A stretch of 64,000 bases of DNA. Source: Vicinamibacterales bacterium. Its GTDB lineage: Bacteria; Acidobacteriota; Vicinamibacteria; Vicinamibacterales; CAVVIG01. Below are positions 21,451-32,069 of the stretch, piece by piece. The translations under genes and the position numbers were made by a program. The notes beneath the pieces were generated by a model. The model was not told where the DNA came from. It did not search any database and worked only from the letters and a program-made list of their open reading frames with translations. Location of the stretch: positions 3,432-67,431 of the forward strand of contig DATLRO010000068.1 in NCBI GenBank assembly GCA_035534615.1, read 5' to 3'. Position 1 is the first letter of the stretch. Every line of letters starts with the position of its first letter.

Positions 21451-22089
21451 TTGACGATCAACGAGATTTTCCATTCGATTCAGGGGGAATCGACCCACGC
21501 GGGGCGGCCCTGCGTCTTCGTCCGCCTGACGGCGTGCGACCTCCGCTGTACCTGGTGCGACACGCCGTACGCCTTCCACGAAGGCCGCCGGATGAGCGTG
21601 GACGAGGTCATGGCGGCGGTGGAGGCGTACGCCTGCCCGCTCGTCGAGATCACCGGCGGCGAGCCGCTGCTGCAGGAAGACGTCTACCCGCTGATGGACC
21701 GCCTGCTGGCGGCCGGCCGGACCGTACTGCTCGAGACCGGCGGTCACCGGAGCACCGCCCGCGTCCCGCCCGCCGTCGTCCGGGTCCTCGACGTGAAGTG
21801 TCCGGGCAGCGGCGAGGCGGCCCGCATGGACTGGCGCAATCTCGACGCGCTGGCGCCGCACGACGAGGTCAAGTTCGTGATCCGGGACCGCGACGACTAT
21901 CTGTTCGCCCGTGACGTCATCCGCCGGCATGCGCTCGTCGGGCGCTGCGCGGCCGTCCTGCTGTCGCCGGTGCACGGCGTGCTGGCGCCGCGCGAGCTGT
22001 CCGCCTGGGTGCTGGAGGACGCGCTGCCCGTGCGCGTGCAGCTCCAGGTGCACAAGTACATCTGGGGCGCGGACGTGAGAGGAGTGTGA
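21451..22089 (+). CDS. queE: 7-carboxy-7-deazaguanine synthase (radical SAM)
   Basis: [22 protein letters not shown] cluster motif. TTG start. Confidence 0.9.
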   Translation: MTINEIFHSIQGESTHAGRPCVFVRLTACDLRCTWCDTPYAFHEGRRMSVDEVMAAVEAYACPLVEITGGEPLLQEDVYPLMDRLLAAGRTVLLETGGHRSTARVPPAVVRVLDVKCPGSGEAARMDWRNLDALAPHDEVKFVIRDRDDYLFARDVIRRHALVGRCAAVLLSPVHGVLAPRELSAWVLEDALPVRVQLQVHKYIWGADVRGV

Positions 22090-22096
22090 GCGCCCG

Positions 22097-22786
22097 GTGA
22101 ACGCGGTGGTGCTGCTCAGCGGCGGGCTCGACTCCTACACGGCCGCGGCCACGGCGAGGGCCGACGGCTTCACGCTGTACGCGCTGACGGTGCAGTACGG
22201 ACAGCGGCACGCGCAGGAACTGGACGCAGCCCGGCGGGTGGCGCGCCACCTCGACGTCGCGCGCCACCTCGAGCTGCGCGTGGACCTGTCGCGCATCGGC
22301 GGATCCGCGCTCACGGCCGATCTGCCCGTGCCGCGCGATCGTCCGATCGACGCGGCCGACATCCCGATCACCTACGTGCCGGCCCGCAACACCGTGTTCC
22401 TCTCGCTGGCGCTGGCGTGGGCGGAGGTGATCCCGGCGGCCGACATCGTCATCGGCGTCAACGCCCTCGACTACTCGGGCTATCCCGACTGCCGGCCCGA
22501 GTACCTGGAGGCGTTCGAACGCCTGGCCGCGCTGGCGACCAGAGCGGGCGTCGAGGGCACCCGATTCCGCATCCACGCACCGCTGCTGCGGCTGACCAAG
22601 GCGGGGATCATCCAGCGCGGCGTCGCGCTCGGGCTCGACTACGGCCTGACGCACAGCTGCTACGACCCGGAGCCGGACGGGCGGCCGTGCGGGCGGTGCG
22701 ACAGCTGCCGGCTGCGGGCGAAGGGATTCGAGGAGGCGGGCGTCACGGATCCGCTGATCGTGGCGTCCGGTCGTTCGACACGGTGA
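22097..22786 (+). CDS. queC: 7-cyano-7-deazaguanine synthase
   Basis: [12 protein letters not shown]-loop, C-terminal zinc Cys cluster C..C..C..C ([12 protein letters not shown]). Confidence 0.93.
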   Translation: MNAVVLLSGGLDSYTAAATARADGFTLYALTVQYGQRHAQELDAARRVARHLDVARHLELRVDLSRIGGSALTADLPVPRDRPIDAADIPITYVPARNTVFLSLALAWAEVIPAADIVIGVNALDYSGYPDCRPEYLEAFERLAALATRAGVEGTRFRIHAPLLRLTKAGIIQRGVALGLDYGLTHSCYDPEPDGRPCGRCDSCRLRAKGFEEAGVTDPLIVASGRSTR

Positions 22787-22838
22787 GCGGGCGCGTCGGC
22801 GCACGGTCGACGCCGGAGGAGGCCTCGTCCTGAGTCCG

Positions 22839-24683
22839 GTGCAGAACATCTTCACGCGACAGTCGCTCAGGCGTCAGGTCTTCATGGTCAGCGCGGCGCT
22901 CCTCCTGCCGCTCCTCGGGGCGATCGCCTGGTCGGCCACCCGGACCTATCGCGAACGCGAAGCCGACCTGCGCGAGCAGGCGTCGGTCGTCGTGGCCACC
23001 GCGGCGGCGTATCTGAACCAGCGGTTCGACAACCTGGACTCGCTCGCGGTCGTGCTGGGGCGCTATCCCGCCATCCGCACGCTGAACGCCGAGGCATCCC
23101 ACCGGCTGCTCGGGGCGCTGCTGTCGCGATATCCCTTCCTGCTCGACATCGTCGTCACCGACCCGACCGGACGCCTCCGCGGCTCGGGCCTCGCTCCGCC
23201 GCCCGGCGGGGCCCCTCCGTTCGAGGGGGCGTGCCTGCAGCAGGTCCTGCGCACGGACCGATCGTGCGCCAGCGATTACATGGTCGATGCCTCGACGCGC
23301 CGGCCCATCATCGTGCTGGCATATCCGATTCCGGGCGACGACGGGCGCCCGGTGGGCGTGCTGAACTTCGCGCTGAACCTGCTGTCGCTGCAGAACGCGT
23401 TCGCGGCGATCCCGCTCCCCAGCGGGTCGGTGATCACGCTCACCGATCGCACCAGCCGCGTGCTGGTGCGAAGCCGGGATGCGCTCGAGTACGTCGGCGT
23501 CCGGATCGACCCGCACCACGCGCTGGCGCCCGGCCGTGTCCCTCCCATCAGGGTCATGCGGGGGCTGGATGGCACCGAGGAAATCTTCGGCAACGCGGTG
23601 ATCGCGCGCGGTCCCTGGCTCCTGAGCGTCGGGATCCCGAAGTCGCTGGCCGTGGCGCGCGTCTGGCCGCTCTGGCGCCGTAATTTCCGCATCGCGGTCG
23701 GCGCCGTGCTCGCCAGCCTGATCTTCGCGCTGTTCCTCGCCCGCGGGCTCAGCCGGCCGCTCTCGGCCCTCACGACCGCGGCCCAGCGGATCGCCGGCGG
23801 CGACCTCAGCCCCCCCGCGCCGATGGTCGCGCCGAACCGCGAGCTCGCCCAGCTTCGCGACGCGTTCGGCACGATGGCGACGAACCTGGCCGAGGCCCGG
23901 GCCGCGCTCGACGCGCAGATTGCCCAGGAACGCCGGGCCCGCGAGGAGGTCGAGCTGCTGCAGGACCAGGTCGTCCGGCAGGAGCGGCTGGCGGCGGTCG
24001 GGCTGCTCGTGTCGGGCGTGGCCCACGAGCTGAACAATCCGCTGCAGGCGATCCTCGGTGCGACCGAGCTCATGCAGCAGCAGGCGCGGGTGGCCTTGCC
24101 GCCGCCGGTGCTGGACGAAATCGCCTTCATCCAGAAGGAGGGGGCGCGGGCGCGCGACATCATCCGCAACCTGTCGCGGTTTGCCCGCCAGGAGACCAGC
24201 CCCACCGCGGACGTCCGGCTGGCCGACGTCGTGGCAGCCGTGCTGCAGCTGCGCGAGCGCGATCTCACCCGGGCGGCGATCCGCTACCAGGTGGACATCC
24301 GATCCGATCGGCCGGTCGTCGCCGGATTCACCGAGCTGCAGCAGGTCGTGCTCAACTTCGTCGTCAACGCCGAACAGGCGATCGCCGAGGCCGGCCGACC
24401 GGACGGCCTGGTCGCCATCGACATCCACGACGTCGACCACCGCGTCCGACTGGAGGTCGCCGACAACGGGAACGGGGTTCCCGAGACGCACGAGCCGAAG
24501 CTGTTTCAGCCGTTCTTCACGACCAAGCCGGCCGGCTACGGCACCGGCCTGGGCCTGTCGGTGAGCTACGGCATCATCGATTCCTGTGGCGGAGCGATCG
24601 GGTACGCCCGGAACGAGTGGGGCGGCGCCACCTTCTACTTCGAACTGCCGGCCCGATCGGCTGGCACGGAGGCCGCCTCGTGA
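22839..24683 (+). CDS. sensor histidine kinase (periplasmic Cache-like domain, HAMP, HisKA, HATPase)
   Basis: TM segment, ~250-aa extracytoplasmic domain, second TM, HAMP, H-box VAHELNNPLQAI, DNGNGVP, GTGLGLS. Confidence 0.85.
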   Translation: MQNIFTRQSLRRQVFMVSAALLLPLLGAIAWSATRTYREREADLREQASVVVATAAAYLNQRFDNLDSLAVVLGRYPAIRTLNAEASHRLLGALLSRYPFLLDIVVTDPTGRLRGSGLAPPPGGAPPFEGACLQQVLRTDRSCASDYMVDASTRRPIIVLAYPIPGDDGRPVGVLNFALNLLSLQNAFAAIPLPSGSVITLTDRTSRVLVRSRDALEYVGVRIDPHHALAPGRVPPIRVMRGLDGTEEIFGNAVIARGPWLLSVGIPKSLAVARVWPLWRRNFRIAVGAVLASLIFALFLARGLSRPLSALTTAAQRIAGGDLSPPAPMVAPNRELAQLRDAFGTMATNLAEARAALDAQIAQERRAREEVELLQDQVVRQERLAAVGLLVSGVAHELNNPLQAILGATELMQQQARVALPPPVLDEIAFIQKEGARARDIIRNLSRFARQETSPTADVRLADVVAAVLQLRERDLTRAAIRYQVDIRSDRPVVAGFTELQQVVLNFVVNAEQAIAEAGRPDGLVAIDIHDVDHRVRLEVADNGNGVPETHEPKLFQPFFTTKPAGYGTGLGLSVSYGIIDSCGGAIGYARNEWGGATFYFELPARSAGTEAAS

Positions 24684-25891
24684 CCGAGCGTCTGTACTAT
24701 ACCGAGCCGTATCGGACCGAGTTCGACGCCGTCGTCCAGCGCGTCGAGCCGCACGACGCAGGACTGCTCGTCGTCCTGGATCGGACGGCGTTCTACCCGA
24801 CCTCGGGGGGACAGCCGTTCGACACGGGCCGTCTCGACGGCGTGCGGGTGATCGACGTCGTCGATCGCGATGATGGGGCCGTCGGCCACGTGATCGACGG
24901 GCGCCTGGCCGTCGGACAGGCCGTGCACGGCACCCTCGACTGGCCCCGCCGCTTCGATCACATGCAGCAGCACAGCGGCCAGCACGTGCTGTCGGCCGTC
25001 TTCGACCGCCTGCATCGCGCACGAACCATCAGCTTTCACCTCGGCAGCGCCGTGTCCACCATCGACCTGGAGCGCGAAGTCACGGCTGACGCGATCCGAT
25101 CGGCCGAAGACGAGGCGAACCGGGTCATCTGGCAGAACCTGCCGGTGGCGATCCGCTTCGCCTCGGCGGCGGAGGCGGCGGCCCTGCCGCTGCGCAAGGA
25201 ACCGACCCGGGACGGGACGCTGCGGCTGATCGCGATCGGCGACGTCGACCTCTCGGCCTGCGGCGGGACGCACGTGGCGCAGACCGGCGCCATCGGCTCG
25301 ATCATGATCCCGGCGTGGGAGCGGTTCAAGGGCGGGACGCGGATCGAGTTCGCCTGCGGCGGCCGCGCGCTCGACCTCTTCCGGTCCCTGCGCGACCAGA
25401 TGGCGGCGGCGATGCGGCTCCTGTCGGTCTCGGCGGCCGAGCTGCCCGAGGCGGTCGCCCGCCTGCAGACCGAGGCGCGGGACCTCCGGCGGGCCGGCAG
25501 GGGATTCCAGGAGGAACTGGCCGGACACCGCGCCGCGGCCCTCGTCGCGGCCGCGCCGGAGGTCGGAGGCTGCCGGCTTGTGGTCGATGCGCTCGAAGGC
25601 TGGGACGCGCCGGGGCTGAAGATGCTGGCGCAGGCGATTGCGGCGGCGCCGGGACAGGCGGCCGTGCTGCTGTCGCGCCCCGCGCCCGCGCTCGTCGTCA
25701 TCGCGCGCGCCGCCGGCGTCACGCTCGACGCGCGTCGCGTGCTCGAGGCGCTGACCGGGCGGTTCGGCGGGCGGGGCGGCGGGCGGCCCGACCTGGCCCA
25801 GGGCGGCGGCCTCGAGGGCTCGATCGACGAGATGCTGGCCGTCGCGCGCGCGGCGGCCGCGGCCGGCGCCACGGGTGCTGCCGGCGGTTAG
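24680..25891 (+). CDS. alanyl-tRNA editing protein (AlaX-L-like; AlaRS second additional domain)
   Basis: LYYTEPY, zinc motifs HMQQHSGQHVLS and CGGTHV. GTG start overlapping the kinase stop. Confidence 0.8.
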   Translation: MTERLYYTEPYRTEFDAVVQRVEPHDAGLLVVLDRTAFYPTSGGQPFDTGRLDGVRVIDVVDRDDGAVGHVIDGRLAVGQAVHGTLDWPRRFDHMQQHSGQHVLSAVFDRLHRARTISFHLGSAVSTIDLEREVTADAIRSAEDEANRVIWQNLPVAIRFASAAEAAALPLRKEPTRDGTLRLIAIGDVDLSACGGTHVAQTGAIGSIMIPAWERFKGGTRIEFACGGRALDLFRSLRDQMAAAMRLLSVSAAELPEAVARLQTEARDLRRAGRGFQEELAGHRAAALVAAAPEVGGCRLVVDALEGWDAPGLKMLAQAIAAAPGQAAVLLSRPAPALVVIARAAGVTLDARRVLEALTGRFGGRGGGRPDLAQGGGLEGSIDEMLAVARAAAAAGATGAAGG

Positions 25892-27423
25892 CGCGGCGGG
25901 AAGGCCGCCAGCCGGCGAACGGCCGCATCGATTGCGGCGTCGACGGCCAGCGGATCGCCGTCGAAGTTGTTGACCAGAATGGAGAAGACCAGCCGCCTGC
26001 CGTCCCGCGCCGTGACGTAGCCCGACAGCGCCCGGACGTGCATCATCGAGCCGGTCTTGGCGATGACGCGCGGGCCGGCGGCCCCCTCGAACCGATGGGC
26101 CAGCGTGCCGTCCACGCCGCCGATCGGGAGGGTCGCGGCGAAGTCGGCCGCACCCCGTGGATCGGCGGCGAGGTGCCGCAGCACGCCGGCCAGCAGGCCG
26201 GCCGTCACCAGGTCGTAGCGCGACAGGCCCGACCCGTCCGCGATCACGAAGCGGTCCGCCGGAAATCCCCAGCCCTCCAGCACCGCCCGTACCACGGCCG
26301 GCCCGTCCATGGCCGAGGTGCCGGCCTTCGCCCCGAGCGTGCGCAGCAGCGTTTCCGCGTACAGATTCTCGCTGACCTTCATCATCACCGTCGCGATCGC
26401 CGTGAGCGGCGGCGATCGGTGGTCGATTAGGACCGTGGCCGGCTGCGCGTCCGGTGCCGGGGGCGCGGCGTCGAGATCGACGGCATTGCCGCCGACCTCG
26501 ATGCCCCGGGCGACGAGCGCCGCCCGCAGCGCGCGCGCGAAGAAGGCCGGCGGATCGGGGACCGAGGCCGTCTCGTAGAGATCCGGGTGTCCGGCCGGGA
26601 CGGTTCCGTCGAGCTCCAGCGTGTCGGTCCCCGGCGCGCGCCGCAGGCCGACGACCGGGGCCGATCCGGCGGCGGTCGTCGTCAGCCGGTTCGCGAGCAC
26701 GAGGCCGCTCAGGTCCGGCATCATCTCGACGGTGGCAGGCGCCCCGGCGGACGGCCCCGGGTGGATCGTCAGTACGACGAGGTTGTCGTGATACTGCAGC
26801 GCGCTGATCGGCGCCGCAAAGCCATAGGGCAGATCGTCCCAGGCCCAGCCGGATCCGAAGCGCGGCTCGTCCAGGGCGCAGCCGTCGCCGATGATCCGCC
26901 CGTCGATCCGGCGGAGTCCGCTCTGCCACAGCGAGTCGGCCCAGCGGGCGAACAGATCGGTCGAGGCCGGATCGCGGCCGTCGATCGTCGGGTCGCCGCT
27001 GCCGATGACGAGCAGGTCGCCGTGCAGCGCGCCGTCGGCGATCGGCCCGGCGGCGACCAGTTTCGTCTCGTACGTGAAATTCCAGCCGAGACGATCGGCG
27101 GCGGCCGCCAGCGTGAGGATCTTCAGGTTGGACGCCGGCAGCAGGAGGGTGTCCGGGTGGCGCGCGTAGAGCACGGTCCCCGTGCGGGCGGTTTCCATGA
27201 CCGCGCCGACGATGGCATGCCGGAACGCGGGGCCGTCGAACAGGCGATTGAGATCGGCGTGGAGGCGCCGGAGCGGAGCGGCGGGAACGGTCGGGACGAG
27301 CCGGGGCGGGCGGTGTGTGCAGGCGGTGGCGAGCGCGAGGACCAGCAGGCTGGCGGCGGGGAGCCACCCGCGCCGCCGGCCGCCCGTCCTCGCGTCCGGA
27401 CTCGGATTATTTCGCCACGACAT
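25888..27423 (-). CDS. dacB: D-alanyl-D-alanine carboxypeptidase/endopeptidase (PBP4, peptidase S13)
   Basis: Signal/lipobox-like N-terminus, LPASNLKILT (SxxK), KTGSM-type KTG box. Confidence 0.85.
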   Translation of the reverse strand: MSWRNNPSPDARTGGRRRGWLPAASLLVLALATACTHRPPRLVPTVPAAPLRRLHADLNRLFDGPAFRHAIVGAVMETARTGTVLYARHPDTLLLPASNLKILTLAAAADRLGWNFTYETKLVAAGPIADGALHGDLLVIGSGDPTIDGRDPASTDLFARWADSLWQSGLRRIDGRIIGDGCALDEPRFGSGWAWDDLPYGFAAPISALQYHDNLVVLTIHPGPSAGAPATVEMMPDLSGLVLANRLTTTAAGSAPVVGLRRAPGTDTLELDGTVPAGHPDLYETASVPDPPAFFARALRAALVARGIEVGGNAVDLDAAPPAPDAQPATVLIDHRSPPLTAIATVMMKVSENLYAETLLRTLGAKAGTSAMDGPAVVRAVLEGWGFPADRFVIADGSGLSRYDLVTAGLLAGVLRHLAADPRGAADFAATLPIGGVDGTLAHRFEGAAGPRVIAKTGSMMHVRALSGYVTARDGRRLVFSILVNNFDGDPLAVDAAIDAAVRRLAAFPPR

Positions 27424-28750
27424 CGAGCGCCTTCATGGCGTCGTCGAACGCGCTCACCCCCAGCGTGGCGGCTCCGGGCTGGTCGGCGCGTTCGGCGTAG
27501 ACGTTCGACCCCTGCCGTCCGAATGTCACCGTTTCCTGTTTCCTGTCGTGCTCGAATTTGACGGACACCGTGGCGTACGGCTTGTCGAGACCGGTGTGCG
27601 CGGTCGAGGCGATCCACGACGAGGCGCGGAGGCCGGACAGCTTCGACAGGAAGTCCTCCATGTCGGCATCCTTGACCGTGCCGGCCGGCGACAGGCGGTG
27701 CCACTGGGGCGCGGCGTTCTTGCCCCGGCCCTTGACCTGCTGGAACGTCACGGTCCGGCCGTTGCGCCTGATCGAGATCCAGTCGGCGTTGTACGAGCGG
27801 AACGCGAACAGGTCCTTCTGCCGGAAGTCTGCCGGATCCTTGCGCAGGTCGTCGAGCAGGGATGCCTCGACGGTCACGATGCGGGGCCGCGACAGATCCC
27901 GGGCGTAGACGGTGCCGTCGGGCGACTTCGCGCCCAGCTCCAGCGTCGTCGTCGCGCTCCCGGCAGTCAGGCGGACGGTCACGGCCGGCTTGTCCAGGCC
28001 GTCCTTCTTCAGGTCCGCGGGGGTGGCCGTCTCCGTGACGATCGACTTCATCTTGGCGGTCTGCAGGCGGCCCAGCAGGTTCTCCGCCGCGAGATAGTCG
28101 CCCGGCGCGTGGAGCGGCGTCTGCATCATCCAGCTCGTCGTGCCGGTCTTGGTCAGCTCGACGGCGTGCTCCGGCGTGGTCACGTCGATGGTGTTGACCT
28201 TGTCGCGGTCGAACGTCAGCAGTGTCTTGTCGCGCAGCTGGAACGGCGTCAGGTTGAACGTCGTTTGCAGGTAGGCCGGAATCAGGAACACTTCCCTGGC
28301 GCCCTGCCGCTTCGCGTACAGGTCGATACCGGTCGCGTTCTTGTCGCCGATGAGCAGCCGGTGGGGCGTCGGGTCGCCCGCCGCCTGGAATCCGATCTCC
28401 ATGCGGGGGGTCGCCAGGCCGAACGGCGTCAGGTCGGACGGGTTCCTGGCGATCACGCGGGCGACCGTCAGCGACGACAGGCTCGTGGTGATGTCGTCGA
28501 CTTCGGACTCGTCGGCCGCGGCGTCCTGGGGCTGGACCAGGCGCCACTTGCCGTCGACCTGCTTCAGCGTGCTGGATTCGCCCGAGGTCGCCCGGACCGT
28601 CAGGCCGTCAATCTTGTCGGCCCGGACCGAGAAGACCTTGGGTTCGTTGGCGGCCGGGCTGGCCGGCTTCCGGGACCGGAGGAAGTAGACGTACCCCGCC
28701 AGGCCGAGAAAGATCACCACGAGAGCGAGCGTCGACCGTACCCCGCGCAT
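27407..28750 (-). CDS. DUF4340 domain protein
   Basis: N-terminal TM segment, repeated beta-rich DUF4340-like modules (GKWRLVQPQDAAADESEV). Conserved position after a GldG-like gene. Confidence 0.75.
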   Translation of the reverse strand: MRGVRSTLALVVIFLGLAGYVYFLRSRKPASPAANEPKVFSVRADKIDGLTVRATSGESSTLKQVDGKWRLVQPQDAAADESEVDDITTSLSSLTVARVIARNPSDLTPFGLATPRMEIGFQAAGDPTPHRLLIGDKNATGIDLYAKRQGAREVFLIPAYLQTTFNLTPFQLRDKTLLTFDRDKVNTIDVTTPEHAVELTKTGTTSWMMQTPLHAPGDYLAAENLLGRLQTAKMKSIVTETATPADLKKDGLDKPAVTVRLTAGSATTTLELGAKSPDGTVYARDLSRPRIVTVEASLLDDLRKDPADFRQKDLFAFRSYNADWISIRRNGRTVTFQQVKGRGKNAAPQWHRLSPAGTVKDADMEDFLSKLSGLRASSWIASTAHTGLDKPYATVSVKFEHDRKQETVTFGRQGSNVYAERADQPGAATLGVSAFDDAMKALDVVAK

Positions 28751-30334
28751 CTACCGTCTCCGCCACCAGGTGTAGACCCCGGAACCGAGGATGAACCCCG
28801 GGATGATGAGCAGCGCCAGCCACGTGATGTTGATCTGCTGGGCCGCCGTGAGCGTGACCGGCCGGTCGCCGGGCGGGTGCGGCCGGATGGAAATCAGGTC
28901 CTCCTGCTGCGTCAGCCAGTCGACGATGTTCAGGAACAGATCGCGGTTCCCCTGGATGCCGAGGGCGGCGTTCGATGCGAAATCCGAATCGCCCACCACC
29001 ACGACGCGCGTCTCCGGCTTCGGCGCGTCGGCCGCCGCCTTCGTCTTCGTCGTGGCGGCGGCCGCGATCGGCGCCGACACTTCGGCGGCGATCGAAATCG
29101 GTCCCTGCTGGTCGCCTTCGGCTGCGTCGAACTTCACCTGGCCGGTCGTCAGCACGGCCTTGACGTTGGCGTCCGCCCAGCTCCGCGGGCTCGTCTGGAT
29201 GAACGACTGGGCGAAGTGGCCGCCGACGCCGCCGGTGATCGGATCCGCCGAGCGCGCCAGCGGAAAGGCGGTCAGCAGGTTGAAGTGCCCGGTGATCGGG
29301 TTGGCCGGATAGCTGGCCGCGACCGGCACCGAGGCGTCGGTCCCGATGAGCTGCCCCATCCCGCTCACGTCGATGACGACGTTGTCGCCGACGGCGATGT
29401 CCCACTGATGGGCGAGGGCGATGAGCCGGGTGAGCGGCGGACTGTCGGGCTTGGCCGGCGGGTCGAGCAGCAGGAGCAGCTTGCCGCCGCGGGCCAGGTA
29501 CCGCGTGAGCGCGTCGATCTCCTGCGGGTAGAAGTCGGTCGTCGGGCCGGCGACGACGACGGCCGCCGCGTCGGCCGGCACGTCCGCCGTCTGCGCGAGC
29601 ACGAGCGGCGCCACCTGGTCGTTCTCGTCCTTCATGGCCGCGTCGATCGCGCTGTACCCGCTCCGGCCGGTGTCGCTGATGTTCTTCTCGCCGTGGCCAG
29701 TCGTGAAGTAGACCTTCGGCTGGTGCCCCGAGATCACCTTGAGCAGGGTGTTAGTCAGGTCCTGCTCGCCGTCGGAGGTCGTCTTCTCCGTCCGGCCCTT
29801 GTACTGGAACACGATCGTGCCGTACGACTGGACGCCGTACCGCTTGGTGAGGAGCGGCTGCTTGTCGGCGTCGACGTACTGCACGGAGACGCGCTTCGAG
29901 GCGTACTGGTACTCGCCGAGCCGGTCGCGGTACTGCTGGAACTGCGGCTCCTGGGCGAAGACCAGGATCTTGAGCGGCGCGTCGAGCTCGTCCAGGACCT
30001 TCTTGCTCTGGGGCGAGAGGCTGAACGCCTTGCTCGCCGTCAGGTCCCAGCGCTTGTCCTGTTTGACCGCGATGTAGTTGAGCGCGGCCAGGATGCCGAA
30101 GACGGCCAGGATGCTCGTCACCGCCAGGCTGCCGTAGCGGGCCTGCCGGCGCTGGAAGATCCGGACGAATTCCCGCCACTGGCTCAGCAGGTAGACGAGG
30201 ACGAGGACCAGGCCGGCCCAGGCGGTCCAGTAGGCGGCCTGATCCCACGCGGGCCGCACGAAGCGGATCGCCACGGCCCCGAACACCAGCAGGGTGCCGA
30301 GCCAGCCGATGGCGCCAAGGAATCTCTTCAGCAT
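28751..30334 (-). CDS. GldG-like ABC transporter auxiliary component
   Basis: TM helices at the N-terminus and one at the C-terminus, ABC_transp_aux-like central domain. Start adjacent to the permease stop. Confidence 0.8.
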   Translation of the reverse strand: MLKRFLGAIGWLGTLLVFGAVAIRFVRPAWDQAAYWTAWAGLVLVLVYLLSQWREFVRIFQRRQARYGSLAVTSILAVFGILAALNYIAVKQDKRWDLTASKAFSLSPQSKKVLDELDAPLKILVFAQEPQFQQYRDRLGEYQYASKRVSVQYVDADKQPLLTKRYGVQSYGTIVFQYKGRTEKTTSDGEQDLTNTLLKVISGHQPKVYFTTGHGEKNISDTGRSGYSAIDAAMKDENDQVAPLVLAQTADVPADAAAVVVAGPTTDFYPQEIDALTRYLARGGKLLLLLDPPAKPDSPPLTRLIALAHQWDIAVGDNVVIDVSGMGQLIGTDASVPVAASYPANPITGHFNLLTAFPLARSADPITGGVGGHFAQSFIQTSPRSWADANVKAVLTTGQVKFDAAEGDQQGPISIAAEVSAPIAAAATTKTKAAADAPKPETRVVVVGDSDFASNAALGIQGNRDLFLNIVDWLTQQEDLISIRPHPPGDRPVTLTAAQQINITWLALLIIPGFILGSGVYTWWRRR

Positions 30335-31108
30335 TTATCCCCGCCACCGTTCGCTGTCGACCGACTTCGCGGTCAGGAACAGCCCGAACGTGATGAAGCT
30401 CAGGTAGAAGACCAGGTGGGACAGATCCAGGACGCCCTTGGAGAAATCGTCGAAATGCTGGGTGATGGACAGGTAGTTCGTGATCGCGGCCACCGTCGGC
30501 CCCGAGAAGCTGCCGATCCAGTCGATCACCCAGAACAGCAGGAACACGGCGAAGGTGATCATGCCGGCCACGATCTGGTTTCTGGTGAGGCTGGAGATGA
30601 ACAGGCCGACGGAGATGAACGAGCCCCCCAGCAGCAGCAGGCCGAGGTAGCCGCAGGCGACCGTCTGCCACTGCGGATTGCCGTAGACGAACAGCAGGGC
30701 GATGTGGATGAAGGTCACCAGCAGCATCAGCGCGTAGAGCGCCATCGCGCCGATGAACTTGCCCATGATGATCTGGAAGTCGGTGACGGGCGAGGTCAGC
30801 AGCAGTTCGATCGTCCCGGACCGCTTCTCCTCCGAGTACGTCCGCATGGTGATCATCGGCATGATGAACAGGACCAGGACGCTCGTGTTGAGCAGCAGCG
30901 GCCGGATCATCTGCTCGTCCACGTTGACCGTCTGCGGGCCGCCCATGGCGAACTGGCCGGCCTGCATGCTCTCGCGCACGAAGAACGAGAGAATCGCGAC
31001 GTAGAAGTAGCCGAACAGGAGCGCGAAGAGCCCGATCACCACGAAGCCGATCGGCGAGGTGAAGTACGACCGCAGCTCCTTGCGGGCGATGGCGAGAACG
31101 TTACGCAT
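30335..31108 (-). CDS. ABC-2 type permease (GldF-like)
   Basis: Six predicted TM helices. Overlaps the ATPase gene by 8 nt. Confidence 0.85.
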   Translation of the reverse strand: MRNVLAIARKELRSYFTSPIGFVVIGLFALLFGYFYVAILSFFVRESMQAGQFAMGGPQTVNVDEQMIRPLLLNTSVLVLFIMPMITMRTYSEEKRSGTIELLLTSPVTDFQIIMGKFIGAMALYALMLLVTFIHIALLFVYGNPQWQTVACGYLGLLLLGGSFISVGLFISSLTRNQIVAGMITFAVFLLFWVIDWIGSFSGPTVAAITNYLSITQHFDDFSKGVLDLSHLVFYLSFITFGLFLTAKSVDSERWRG

Positions 31109-32069
31109 GCGTGGCCTCCGCGGGCTCCTTCTCTTCTTCGGTGGTGAGGTGCAGGAAGATCTCCTCCAGGCTCATCCGCATCGGGCGCAGCTCCAGCAGC
31201 CCCCAGCCGTGGGTCACCACCGCGCGCGCCAGCTCCCGCCGCACGTCCTCGCCCTGCGCGCTCTGCACCTCGTAGCCGGTGCCGGCACCGGTGCCGGGCG
31301 CCTCGCCGGCCGCCACCCGCGTCACGCCCGGCACGCCCGCGAGCGTGGCCGTGACGTCGACGCCGCCGGCGTCCACCTGCAGGTAGAGCGTCTCGGATCC
31401 GCGCAGCCGGTGCATCAGGTTGTCCGGCGTGTCGACCGCCACGACCCGGCCGTGGTTGATGATCACCACCCGCTGGCAGGTCTGCGACACCTCGGGGAGG
31501 ATGTGGGTGCTCAGGATGATCGTGTGCGTGCCGGCGAGATCCTTGATGAGCTGCCGCGTCTCGATGATCTGCTTCGGATCGAGGCCCGCCGTCGGCTCGT
31601 CGAGAATCAGCACGTCCGGGTTGTGCAGGATCGCCTGCGCCAGCCCGACGCGCTGCCGGTAGCCTTTCGACAGCTTCCCGCAGTGGCGGGCCGCCATGTC
31701 GGCGACGCTCGTCCGCGCCATCGCCTCCGACACGCGGCGGCTCCGATCGCCGGGCGCGATCCCCTTGATGCTCGCGACGAACGTCAGATACTCCCGCACG
31801 GTCATGTCGGGGTAGAGCGGCGGCGTCTCGGGAAGGTAGCCCGTCCGGCGCTTGGCTTCGAGCGGCTGGTCGAACACGTCGAACCCGGCGACCACTGCCT
31901 TGCCGGCCGTGGCCGGCATGTAGCCCGTCAGGATCCGCATCGTGGTCGTCTTGCCCGCCCCGTTGGGGCCGAGGAAGCCGAGGATCTCGCCCCGCTCCAC
32001 GCGGAAGCTCACGTCCTCGACGGCGGTCACCCGGCCGTAGCGTTTCGTGAGGTGCTGAACCTCAATCAC
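31101..32069 (-). CDS. ABC transporter ATP-binding protein (GldA-like)
   Basis: Walker A GPNGAGKTT, signature LSKGYRQR, Walker B ILDEPT. Confidence 0.93.
   Translation of the reverse strand: MIEVQHLTKRYGRVTAVEDVSFRVERGEILGFLGPNGAGKTTTMRILTGYMPATAGKAVVAGFDVFDQPLEAKRRTGYLPETPPLYPDMTVREYLTFVASIKGIAPGDRSRRVSEAMARTSVADMAARHCGKLSKGYRQRVGLAQAILHNPDVLILDEPTAGLDPKQIIETRQLIKDLAGTHTIILSTHILPEVSQTCQRVVIINHGRVVAVDTPDNLMHRLRGSETLYLQVDAGGVDVTATLAGVPGVTRVAAGEAPGTGAGTGYEVQSAQGEDVRRELARAVVTHGWGLLELRPMRMSLEEIFLHLTTEEEKEPAEATHA

Noticed and set aside
27182-31147. A 1321-aa plus-strand ORF.
   Set aside because: It is antisense to the DUF4340/GldG-like/ABC-2 permease operon. The Arg/Asp/Gly/Pro low-complexity translation marks it as a GC artefact.
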